A stretch of DNA of 64,000 nt, from NCBI RefSeq assembly GCF_009834535.1, contig NC_045697.1, forward strand, positions 2,854,001 through 2,918,000, given 5' to 3'. Every line of letters starts with the position of its first letter. Position 1 is the first letter of the stretch. The position numbers were made by a program, and so were the translations under genes. This DNA comes from Camelus ferus (Eukaryota). Below the pieces are notes generated by a model. It worked only from the letters and a program-made list of their open reading frames with translations. It searched no databases and had not been told where the DNA came from. Positions 49,509 through 64,000 of this stretch are shown in pieces.

Positions 49509-51233
49509 TCACCCCTGGGGCCTCTGGGGGGATATCTACAGCTTCCCCTGGAGCTGAAGTGGGTCTGACCAGTTGCTCTGAGGCCCCCGGCAGGGCCCGC
49601 CCCATGGCATGACCCTGCAGCACATGTCCACACCGATGCCCACACGGCTGCCTTCCCCGGACCAGGCCAGAGCAAAGCACCACACAGGTGTCAGCTGTCC
49701 GCATCCCCTGCGACCCTGAGGGGGCGTGACTTCCCCCAGGACATGGGCTCCCACATCAGATGCATCTTTGCCTCAAACCCAACATCCCCAGGCAGGGATG
49801 TCCTCCCAAACATAGCCTGTCCATCCTGGGTTTACCATGGCTCCCAGGACCAAGGACAAAGTCCAGAGTCACCAGCCCTGGCTCCTCACTGCCCCCCATA
49901 AAGAGCAAGGACCAGAAGAAAACTGAAGCAGGTAAGTGAAGAAATTCAGTGAACATGGTCCCAGCGCCGACCAGGGCCTGGGCCTCGCGTGGAGCCGGAG
50001 ACACAACTGCTTCTAGGGGCAAGAGTGAGCGTGAGCGCCTGCGCTGGTGCAGAGGGAGGCTCAGCGGCCTGCGGCGGCCCCAGTAAGCCGGCTCTGCCTG
50101 GGGTGGGTGGCAGCGCTTCCTGGAGGAAGGGGCGTCCCAGCAAAGTGGAAGGAACTGGCCAGAACAGCCTGGACAGTACGAGCCTGGACAGTACAGAGGG
50201 ACGTGCATCTCTGTGCACATGCGTGTGTGCACACATGCGTGCAGGAGCGAGTGGGTGGCAGACCCAGGATTCACACCCAAATCTTTCCTATTCCAAACCT
50301 TACCACACACAGGCTAAAGGCAGCCTGTTTCAGGGAGACCAGCAGCAAGACGCCGCAGGCCCCTCGACCCCAGGGCAGCCCTCTCTTCCTCCTCCTGCCC
50401 CGTCCCAGGCAGTGGAGCCCCTGGGTCACACGCAGGGCGCAAGGTGACCTCTCTCCCTCCTGGACACATGGAGCATGGCGCTGGTGGCCCTGACGGAATT
50501 CCGAAGCCTCAGCGTGGCCAAGGCAGCCTGGCCCTGACTGAGCGGTCACGGCAAAGCTGTGGTGGTCGTGCGGCTTGGAAGCCCATTTGGAAGGAAGCGG
50601 AAGGTTCTCTGCTCTTTGACCTCAGCCGCAGCCCTGCCCTTTCCTTCCTCCTGGGAGTGACTGTGGACAGATCACCTGGAGGGAGCGAGAGTTCTGCCTG
50701 GGCTTAGCTCAGACGCCTGGGACCTGGAGCTGGCCCTGGCCCGGCTCCCTCAGCCCCATCCTGGGCAACTCTGCTCACCTCCCCAGCCTCAGTTTCCCCT
50801 TCTTGTTTTGAGCTGAGGAATCTCAACACAGCTCAGAGCTGAGATACTGACCCAATTGCTCTGAACGAGGGTGGTACATGCTGGCTGTGGCCCCATCCTC
50901 AGACCGCCCAGGGGCAGAGACGGCTCAAGGCGTCGGAGCCCAGGTGAGATCGGCCACAGTCCTGTTCCACCACCAGACTCCAAGCCCAGGAAGGTGGGCA
51001 CTGTTGCGGAGAGAGTGAGCAGGGTTGCAGGGTCCTAGGGTCACACGGTGTGGGGTCCCAGAGTCCCATGCCCACAGGGCCACAGGGCTGCAGGGTCCTG
51101 AGCACTGAAGCCCCCCACGTTCTCCTAATCCTATCCAAATTAGCTGACGGTGCCGAGCCTCAGTCCCCTGTCTGTCCTATGGGGGTACCAGCTCCTCCTG
51201 CAGCAAAGCATTTGAAGAACCAGTTACACGAAT

Positions 51234-51350
51234 CCTGGACACACAGAGCCTGAACAGTACAAGCCTGGACAGTACAGAGCCCGGACTGTACAGAGCCTGG
51301 ATCACACAGGGCCTGAGCCACTTAGCGCCTGGACTGCTCAGGGTCTGGAC
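51234..51350. repeat. Degenerate 15-16-bp tandem repeat (CAGAGCCTGGACAGTA) in the last SH3TC1 intron
   Basis: About 7 diverging units; two near-identical units also at 50166-50198. Confidence 0.75.
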
Positions 51351-52278
51351 CTCAGTGGGGCTCAGCTGCAGTGGTCACGGCTGCCCATGGAATCCTCCAG
51401 CGCTGCCTGGCTCTGACATAGAAGGATGCAGTGACTACTTCTGACCACCAGGTGTCGCCAGTGCATAGCCAGGCAGGGGTTGGGGTTACCGACCGAGTGG
51501 GGGTCCTCCAGGGCCTCCCCAGCTCCTAGATGCCATTCGTTGGGTGCGGGGAGGGGGAGAACTCAGCACCTGGGCTGGGGCACCCTCACCCCTCAACCAA
51601 CACAAGCAGGGACGCCGTGCTGGTGCAATGCTAGACCCGGAGTGGGGGTGATGGGGGGCCTTCTGCCCGTGCAGAGGGAGCGATAGCGGAGACATTTCCA
51701 GACCCTCATCTGCGTCCACTGCGAGGCTCAGAGATGGATGAAAAATAGGTCCCAGCTCCTAACCGTCCAGCTCCGACAGGGCAGAGGCTCAGCCGGGGTG
51801 CTTGTGGGGTGTCCCTACTATGAAACTTGGGGCAGGTCGCACCCCACCTCAAGCCCCAATCTCCCTCTCTGTGAATTGGATTGGTAATAGTACCCACCTC
51901 ATCCAGGCAATGTGAGGATCCTAGGAAGGGAAGAGCTCCACACAGACTGGCAGGCTTCCTGGAGGAGGTGCCAGGGTTTGTGCTGGGTCATGGGTCTCTG
52001 GGAATAATGATGACCCTTCCCCTGCCCTGGGAATGTCTTCAGCCCACTATTTTTGTGCCTAACTCCCGCTTGACTTTCGAGACTTAATTTTGCAGTCACC
52101 TCCTCCAGAAGGCTCCTCACCCCCACTACACTCCATTTTGTTTGTCCTTTACCTGATGGCTGCTGTCCCCACTGTCACATTTACATGTCAGCCACCCTCA
52201 CTGACCCTCAGCTCCTGAGGGCCAGGTCTGACCCGCGCAGGAGCTCAGACAGTGCCTACTGGCCCCACCTGCTCCTCA

Positions 52279-52776
<498 letters not shown>

Positions 52777-53311
52777 CTAACAATGCCTGCTCCCCGTCCA
52801 CCTCGGGGAAGGGGCGATGTTGTGGGTCTGATCATCCAGCTCCGGGCCTGTGCACAGCTGCTTGGGCAGGGGGCCTTTGGTTACTGTTTGGACCAGAGAA
52901 CCCCAAAGTCCCGCAGTCTGTGCACCTCAGGCCCAGGGCCCCGGCAACCTGCAGACATGAACTTTGTCTTTCCTGCTCTATCGTCAGCAGCCCCCTCAGC
53001 CCCATCCTGAGGGTGTCCCCAGACCAAGCGGCCCTGGGATCTGCCCCCTCCCACGGCGCGCACTGTGGGGCCTGCAGGCACCTGCTGGGCACCTGCCATG
53101 TGCCTGGCCTCTTGGGTTCCCTGTCTCAAGGAAGACAGGACGGCCTGGAACAGCACATTAGGGAGAGGGATGCTGGCATGGAGGGGCTGGGGCTCGGCCA
53201 GCCAGAGGATGGGCTGAGAGTGGGGAAGGGGCAACGGGTGGGGACAGCATGCAGATAGCTGCCTGGCACTTTCAGGACTGTCCGGAGTGCAGGGCGCCTT
53301 GGCCGGCCTCA

Positions 53312-53707
<396 letters not shown>

Positions 53708-54162
53708 TCAGGCCTCCTATCAGAGCAGCCAGCCCAGGCCCTGTACCCAGCTCAGAGCCCCCAGTCCTGCCCCCACCATCCCACTGGAGCACTAAACAGC
53801 TCTGCCCACCACCACCCAAGAGAAAGGTCAGCTCAGGGTGTCGGACGCCCCAGGGCCCCTGGGCCCTGAGCAGGTTGGGGTGTGAGACTTACCTGCTAGC
53901 TACACCACGTATCTCACATCAGCCTGACCCCCGGGGTGAGAAGGGCCCGACCAGGAGGGCCCAACAGCCCAACAACCCCTTGGGCTCTGAAAACACCACA
54001 TTTATCTGCACCCTGGGGCTGAGCCACAAGCCCTGAGCTGGGCAGACAGAGGGCGGAGAAGCCACCCTCCCTGGGAGGCACACGCAGACCTGGGCCGTGG
54101 TCCAGTCCCCATGTGCTGTGTCCTTGGACACGCCCCTGTGCCTCTCTGAGCCTGTTTCCTCA

Positions 54163-54651
<489 letters not shown>

Positions 54652-55639
54652 TCAAATGGCCCCATGTGCCCTGATTGCACCAAAGAGCCATGAGGGCTCT
54701 TTTCTCTCGCACACCTCAGTCCCTGTGCACTCGGGGCCCTTGTCACCCACTGGGGTCAGGATGGTAATCTAAGCCCCGTGTCGCATGAGGAGGCCTGTCC
54801 AGCTAAGGCCCCAGGAACCAGCAGGTGTGGACTGGCGGCCGCCTGGGACGGAGCGCAGAGCCGGCCCCTGAACCCTGTGGCCATGCCCGGACAACGGCAC
54901 TCTCTGACCAGTTTCACGGGGTGCTCCTCATCCAGGGGCCGTGGGTCCCCCCACTTTCCCTCCCGGGCCCTTGGTAACACCTGACCGCATGTCCCCTTGT
55001 CTCTCCCACCAGAGGACAGAGGCTGTCGCCCCTCTGCTGCGCCCAGGGCTGCACAGGATGTGTCAGTGAGTGACCGCCCCGGCCCGCAGTCCAGCCATGC
55101 CCAGCCCCAGGACTTGCCACACTCCGTGCACCTCTGGGACTTTGTGCCTGTGAGTCCCGGTGTGGAAACGCCCCCTCCCCGGGTGGGCACTGCGCCCCCC
55201 CCTCCGTGCCCTGCAGCTCTAACAGCCTCCATGACCACCTAGGCTGACCGAGCTCACCCTCCTGGCTGCTTTACGCCCTGCAGCCCTGGCCCCAGGTGGC
55301 ATTGTTCATTGAGGAATCTGCCCCTGTCTCGGCCATAAGCTCCTGATCTGGAGCCTCAGCCCCTGGCCCAGGGGCTTACACAGCAGGTGCTCAAAAAGGA
55401 ATAAACCCACAGGGGTCTTGGGCCTCTCAATTTGCTGCCAATCATGTCACATTCGAGAAAGCGTCTAAAAACAGAGCTTTTCTGAGAAATGCATTTTTTA
55501 GGGAGAAACGCTGGGTGCAGCTGAAGCAAATTCTGTGTGTCAGCTGGTAGGCCAGCCTTGGCACATTTATCGAGCACTTGCTGTATACCAACACGCTAGT
55601 GGGCACCGTGGGGGCCCCTGCCTCTGCCCCCAGAGCTCA

Positions 55640-55942
<303 letters not shown>

Positions 55943-56242
55943 TCAGAACGGTGCTCCCGGGCTAGCCACCACAGCGGGTGGGCCCGGCTCTCCCCAGGGC
56001 CTGTCTGGTGATGATGGACCTAGGATGTCGGGAGCAGGAACAGAGCCTGCCCTTCCCAGGCCAATGGGAGAGCCAGGATGGACACAGCAGGCTCGTAGCA
56101 AAGATGGAGACCCTTGGGAGGGAAACAGGCAGCCCCAGGGCCCACCACCATCTCTGTCTTGCCTTCCCAAACATGGGCCCACATCGCCTCCAGACGCAGC
56201 AGGGATTGTGGCCCCTGGGCAGAAATTTAGAGGTTGTCCAGG

Positions 56243-56455
56243 CCAGTGGTTTTCATGCTGAGTGAGTGAGCATCAGAGCCACCCCTCGGCAGAGGGGAAG
56301 AGGGGAAGCCAATCAAACACAGATTGCAGGGCCCTGTTCCGGAGTTGTCAGCTCCGGAGGTCTGGAGTGAGGCCTGGGAGGGTGCATTTCCACCTAGTGC
56401 CAGATGGTGTGGGCACTGATGATCTGGGGCCCCCACTTTGAGAAGCATCGATCTA
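56243..56455. mobile_element. MER5A-like hAT-Charlie MITE
   Basis: CAGTGGTTTTCA...GCATCAGAGCCACC...ACACAGATTGCAGGGCCC...CCACTTTGAGAAGCATCG. Confidence 0.7.
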
Positions 56456-57023
56456 GGGCACTGGCCCATTGGTCCTGCCATGAATCCGAGGTCCGAGGAT
56501 GATGCTGGAGGCCGTCTCCCAAGTCCTGGGAAACCTGGCTCCTTCCCTGCTCCCAGGGAGCCCCCACACAGGACGGGGTGTCATCAGAGACTCTGCTGGC
56601 CCTCCCTGCAGGCAGTGTGGCCCCACCATTTGTAGCCAGCCCCAGTCAGGATGTTCTGGGTGGGCTTCACACAGGACAGGCAGCCCTGAAACTCTGCCCC
56701 GGGAAGCAGGTGGGACAGCCGCAGTCCTCCTGTGGACGAGAATCCTCCAGGCACTTGTGGCTGCTGTCCTTTAAGGGGACAGATGAGGACCAGACTACCC
56801 CGCCCACAGCTGGGCCAGCGGGTCAGCTTACAGAAGCCACCATGGCAGGAAGAATGGCCCAGAAACACACACTCTGCCTCCCTGGGGGACAAGACAAGGC
56901 CTGCTGGCCCAGAGCCCGTCTGACACTAAGGAGTGAAGTGGCCCCTGAGGAGGGGCTGTCCTGGGACGGTGGTCCAGCCTCCCCCCAGCCCCACCCTGCC
57001 CCGCCCCCGAGGGCTGGCCCTCA

Positions 57024-57242
<219 letters not shown>

Positions 57243-57719
57243 TCACAGCGACGTCTGCTGGGTCAGAGGCCCCGGCCACGTGCCTGCCTCGCCACGCCTC
57301 TGGGAGCTGGGGCCATTGCACACGGGGACAGGCTGAGTGTCCCACTCAAGGTCACACAGCTGGCGAGCATTCCTTGTTGGGGCCAGGCAGGGCACGTCCT
57401 GGGTGCGTGAGAGACAGCAGTGACCACTTTTATAACCCCTAGGCCGGGCTCTCCCGACGCATTAGGACGCTGTTTCTGCATCACAAAGCTCCTCCCAGCC
57501 AAACAGGGGCTGCCCTCACTCAGAGCTGATGACCCCATGTTGCAGACAGACCGGCAGAGTTCAAAGCTGAGTACCAAGTCTAGAGCACACGGCATGCCGT
57601 GGAGACAAAATTCAAATCCGGCTCTGGCATTCCAAAGCCAATGCTCCTTCCTGACGCCAGGCTCCAAAACCAGCGTCTCACTAGCATCTCCTAAAACCAG
57701 AAGGCTGGGATGGCTGGGA

Positions 57720-58560
57720 GCTTCCTTTATTAAAAATGACCCAGAGAGGAACAAGGTTAGAGACTTGAGCGCCTTGAACCAGCCAGACCTAAGAGACTCC
57801 AGGACATGCCCCCAACAAGAGCAAAACACAAAGCCCCACACGCCCGTGGAACATCCTCCAGGACAGACCAGCGGCTGGACCACAGAACAACTCTCCTTAC
57901 ACATAATAAGATTGAAATCATACAAAGCACCTTCTCCAGCTACGGTGGTAAGAATTCAGACAGCAGTAACAGAAGGAAGTTTGGGGAATTCGTAAGTTTG
58001 TAGAAATGAACAGCATGTTTCTTAATAACCAGTGGGTCAAAGAAGAAATCACACCAGCAACGAGGAGATATTTGGGAATGAGTGAGCATTTTAGCACAGC
58101 CTAGGGGATGCGGAGAGAGCAGTGCTTAGAGGGGCTTTGTTGCTGTAAACACCTTCGTTAAAAAAAGAATTAAGATATCAAATCAAAACCCTGAACTTCT
58201 CCCTTAAGAAACTGGAAAAAGGAAAGTTAACTAGACCCAAGCTGGCCAAAGGAAGGAAAAATAAAAGTTCGAGTGGAAATGATGAATAAACTAGAGAACA
58301 GAAAAACAACAGAGAAAATCAGTGAAACCAAATGATGCTTCTTGAAAAGGTTGACAACGTTGGCAAACTGTTAGCAGACTGACCAGGAGAAAAAGGAAGA
58401 AGGTGGAAAAGGCTAGAATCGGGAGTGAAAGAGGGGCCGCTAGCACTGATCCCACAGAAACAAAGGGGATTCTGTGAACAACTGTGCGCCGACAAATCAG
58501 ACGCCTGGATGGAGGGGACGAGCCCTAGAAGGACCAAACTGCCGGCATGGACGGAGAAAC
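57720..58560 (+). mobile_element. L1 ORF2 (endonuclease/Z region) relic within an SH3TC1 intron
   Basis: AAGATTGAAATCATACAAAGCACCTTCTC...CTTAATAACCAGTGGGTCAAAGAAGAAATCAC...AACAACAGAGAAAATCAGTGAAACCAAA. Confidence 0.8.
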
Positions 58561-59590
58561 GAGCCAGGGCCAGCACCGGGTGACCCCAGGGCGTCGCCCC
58601 AGCCCTTAGTCTCCTCACTGTTCATATGGAGGAGGGGAAAAACACGCCCCCTGGGCCCCCCAGCTTGGCTTTCCCAAGTCTGAATCCTCTAGTTCCCTGG
58701 TGGGAGAGGGGCTCACGGGGAGTTTCTGAGAGGTCCTCCGGGGACTACGTGCCATTGCTGAGCACCGCCAGGACCTGTCCAAGGCCACAGAGCTGGTTGG
58801 AGGGCCCAGAACTTGGTTCCTCCTGGAGGTCCAGAGGGTCCCCTTCCAGCCCAGTGAGTGTCCTACATCCCTCAGTGGCTCCCCAGTGCTCTCAGGTAGG
58901 AACATCCTGGGTTCCTACACCCCTGCCTAGCCCCCAGCCTGAGGTTCTCACTGCCCACTGCCTGCCCCAACCATTCCAAATTATGCACCTCCCTGCGTGG
59001 CCCAGCTCACAATCCTCAGGGCCTTTGTACAGGCTGCTCCTTCTGCCAGCCCCCCATCCCGTGCTTGCCTAAACTCTCCTTGTCTCTTAGGTCCCAGACT
59101 AAACAGACTGGAGCCACCCACCATCCAGCTGAGTATCTGCTTTTGTGGCTCTTGTGATCCCAGGCACCTGTTTCCAACGCTTGGCCACCAGCCCCTTGCG
59201 AGGCTCACGTGGGTCTTGTTAGCAGGTGGAGCCATGCACAGAGCCTGGCATACTCACACAAGCTGCTGCTGGACGAAGAAACTTCCCTGCACCCCCTGTG
59301 CAGGGGGAGGTATCTGGTGTGCAGGGCTATTGGGCGATGCCAGGGAGAGAGCACCAACTAGAGCATCCAGCGACCAAGACTCACGCAGCTCCTCTGACCG
59401 GCCGCACCTGCCTGGCCGGGGGCAAGCCCCTTTCGCCCTACACTGCTGGGATGCCCACTCTCCGGGCTCTCAGCGCACAAAGCAGGGCAGTCCCAGGCAA
59501 ACTTGGATAAGCTGGCTGCCCTGCTGATATCTGGCCCAGCATGGGACACCCTCAAAGCACTTGCCAGCATCTGCTGGTTTCCACTACTCA

Positions 59591-61357
<1,767 letters not shown>

Positions 61358-62789
61358 TTACCGAAACCCCCAGATGGGTTAGAGTCTGTTCTGGGTCCAG
61401 GCTGGGCAGGGGCGTTCCTCCCCGAGCCGCCATGTCCCTGTCATAGGGATTTACAGATACTACATGCCCCCAGGGCTGCCCTGAATCTCCCACAGAACCA
61501 ATAAACCAACCACGGCGGAGGACAGTGGTGGCTGTGTCCATCTGCCTGGCTCTAGCCCCGGGGGCTGTTCCAACAGGAAACACTGGACACAGCTCCCAGA
61601 CCCCTGGGCACCCCCTTCCTCTTGGCTGATTTGGGAATCTGAGGCCTACGGTTCCTAAAGGGTTAAAAAAAGAGAGTGCTGGAGGGCCTGGGGCCATGGA
61701 GCTGCCCACGCTGCCTGCTGAGGGACTGTTGGCTTTGGATGGACTCAGGGCCCCAAGGCACGTCCAGCCTTGAGGAGCAAACAAGCTACACTTCCTGCTG
61801 GAAAAACACGGGATTTGAAGGGGAATTTGGAAGGAAGGAAGGAAGGAACCAGGACCTAGAAAGTTCTGTCTCAAGTTCACTTTTAAAAAATTATGCTCAA
61901 GACTGTCTCTTTATTCTTCTGTAAAAGCTAGGAATTTAAAACATTAAATGTGGTTGAGCAGTAAGCGTCGGACTTGACCAAGCGCTGGATTCGCTAAGAA
62001 GCGCCTGCTCCCGGCGGAGGCCAGTGGGCTCCCGACGTGTGCCCCAGTGCTGTCCTGGTCACCCTGCCTCCCACAGCTGGAAGAGCCTTTGCTGCCAGGG
62101 ACCTGGGCAGGCGGGAGAGCCTCCCCTGAAGGCAAGTCTGCAGCTTCTTGGAGGGAGGGCCCCGGGGGACTGGCTTCCAAGCCTCCTCGCCCGCCCGCGT
62201 CCCACAGTGACCCATCTGTGTTTGTGCTTGGACAGTTCCCATTCCCCGGGAAGCTCAAAGGGTCCCCGGGCACTTGTGTCCCCAGGCCTCCCAATGCAGC
62301 CCCTCTGTTGTGGGGGAGATGGAGGTGTAGAGGGAGAGAGAGGGGGTCTCCCTGAACCAGCCCCCCAGGGGAAGGAGCAGACCCTCGCGGGACTTCCCCA
62401 ACATCAGTCTCCAAATCAGCGCCCCCTACACCCCTGCACCCATCCAAGCAGCTCATGGGGCAAATTTCAGCTGCTCTAAGTTGCATGAAAGGAACCCTGA
62501 GCCGGGCATGAGCTCGGGCAATGGAGGGAGTGCCCCACCTTTGCTGGGGACAGGGCCGGGGGCTGGCATGTTTGCTGGGGACCCACTGCAGCAGTGGAGG
62601 GATGGTTCACCTCCACCTCATCCAACCTCCACTCCCGGGCTGGACTCCCTGCCCACCAGCCCTCCCCCCAGGAGGATGGAGGTCTGCAGCCAGTGCCCAC
62701 TCAAGCCTAGCTCTGCCATCTCTGCCCCCTGTCACCCCGAGACCACCCCCGTGACCAGAGGGACCCCGGGCCGTGTGGGAAGAACCTAC

Positions 62790-62831
62790 CATGTATTTTC
62801 TGCTGCTGAGGCTCAGCCTCTTCTAACATGT
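62790..62831 (-). CDS. SH3TC1: SH3TC1 42-bp coding exon preceding the large exon
   Basis: CCTTTTCAG acceptor; (D)MLEEAEPQQQKIH(E); G|GTAGG donor; phase 1 to 1, joins in frame to the exon at 61350. Confidence 0.8.
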
Positions 62832-63529
62832 CTGAAAAGGGAGAGAAGGGAGCGTCACCCTGGGGCCAGCCCCCCTGGACCAGGGACGTCAGTGAGGGCC
62901 AGGATACTGACACCCCAACACCAGCGCCCCTGAGGGGAAGCAGGCTGGGGCAGCAGCGAGGGTCGCCGGCCGAGAAGCCTCGTCTTCCAGAATGTGCTCC
63001 TGCCCCATCTCCTCCCCCCTCGCCCCCACCCCCGCAGGACTCCATCCGCCCTCAAGAGGCTGCCGCCTTCCACCGCTGCCCTCTGGGAACAGGAGCCACA
63101 CGCCCCCCGAGGGCTGCCCCGGGTTCCGTGGGCTCTCCTAGGGGCAGGGCGGCCCCTCTGGGGTTGAGCCCCTCCTCGTCCGACTGCCTGCCCGTCCCCA
63201 CGCCTCAGTTCCCACCCTCTTAAAGCGGGCTGACACTGACAGCCCACGGGGTTGCCAGAGAAACCCAGCGAGGGAAGAAGAGCTGTAAAAAGACACGTGA
63301 AGCGCCATGTGCTGTCGACCACATAGTCCTGCCCAGAGGACCCCACAACACCCCGAGCAAGGTCCCCAAGCGGCTTCCTGAAGAAAAGGAAGGCGTAAGC
63401 CAGGCGGGCTTGAACCTGACCGGCTACGGTCAAATGTAAGTTTGCCTGTTGAGGAGGAGGAGCCGACTGGAGGGATCTAGAAAGTAAATCTCACATTGGT
63501 GGGAATGCCTGTCAGCCAGCGGCAGAAAG

Positions 63530-63752
63530 GGTGTGTGTGTGTGTACGTGTACGCACGTGCACGCGCGTGCGTGGATGTGTAGGTGGATGTGGGTGTATGT
63601 TTTCATGTGTGCCCCTGTGTGTGTACACTCGTGTGTGTGTGTCTCTCTGTATTCGTGTGAGTGTGTCTGCACATGTGTCTGTGAGCGTGTGGTGTGTGTG
63701 CACGTACATGTGTGTGCATATCTGTGTCTGTGTGGGTGTGCACACACGTGCA
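63530..63752. repeat. Degenerate (TG)n / RY-alternating tract in an SH3TC1 intron
   Basis: GTGTGTGTGTGTACGTGTACGCACGTGCACGCGCGTGC... Confidence 0.85.
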
Positions 63753-64000
63753 AGCACCTCCGTCTGGCAGGAGAAAGGAATGAGCTGTACAGCCACATCC
63801 CTGTAGGGGGACTGGCGAGTCGCTCCAGCACTGTCCCCGCTGCCACATTTCCTTTTATTGTGGCTGTTGGCACACTTCCTTCACCTATGATTTGCACTGC
63901 AGCCCTCAGAGAAATCCTTTCCTAAACTGAGGGCCTTGAGGTCAACAGAACAGCGTTGTGTTCAGGAGATGGCCACCCTGAGGTGTAGCCCCGGCCCACC

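Overview
This is mammalian genomic DNA, GC-rich and carrying LINE/SINE/LTR relics. A tRNA-Ala-derived SINE of the vic-1 type points to a camelid. Two intron-containing genes lie in tandem on the minus strand. The first is the 3' part of SH3TC1: eight coding exons from 62831 down to the stop at 48858, with AATAAA at 48760. The second is the 5' part of HTRA3: CpG-island promoter and coding exons 1-6 (23375 to 3472), with the catalytic triad H191/D227/S305 intact; the long-isoform PDZ exons fall beyond the left edge. All exon boundaries were read from the sequence (GT-AG, phases consistent). Main observations: (1) the HTRA3 short-isoform terminal exon is present at 2568, but CGA stands where the human peptide APSLAVH stops, predicting a 47-aa rather than 7-aa tail; (2) an intact 409-bp ERV1-type solo LTR (TG...CA, CTAT target-site duplication) with three CTCGTAAA HOX13/CDX-type motifs sits about 1.2 kb upstream of the HTRA3 promoter; (3) HTRA3 has a 10-codon uORF and a 3x23-bp repeat beside the exon-1 donor. 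There are no prokaryotic features, and most listed ORFs are GC-rich noise. Repeat family names come from recalled consensus sequences, not a database search, and their boundaries are approximate.
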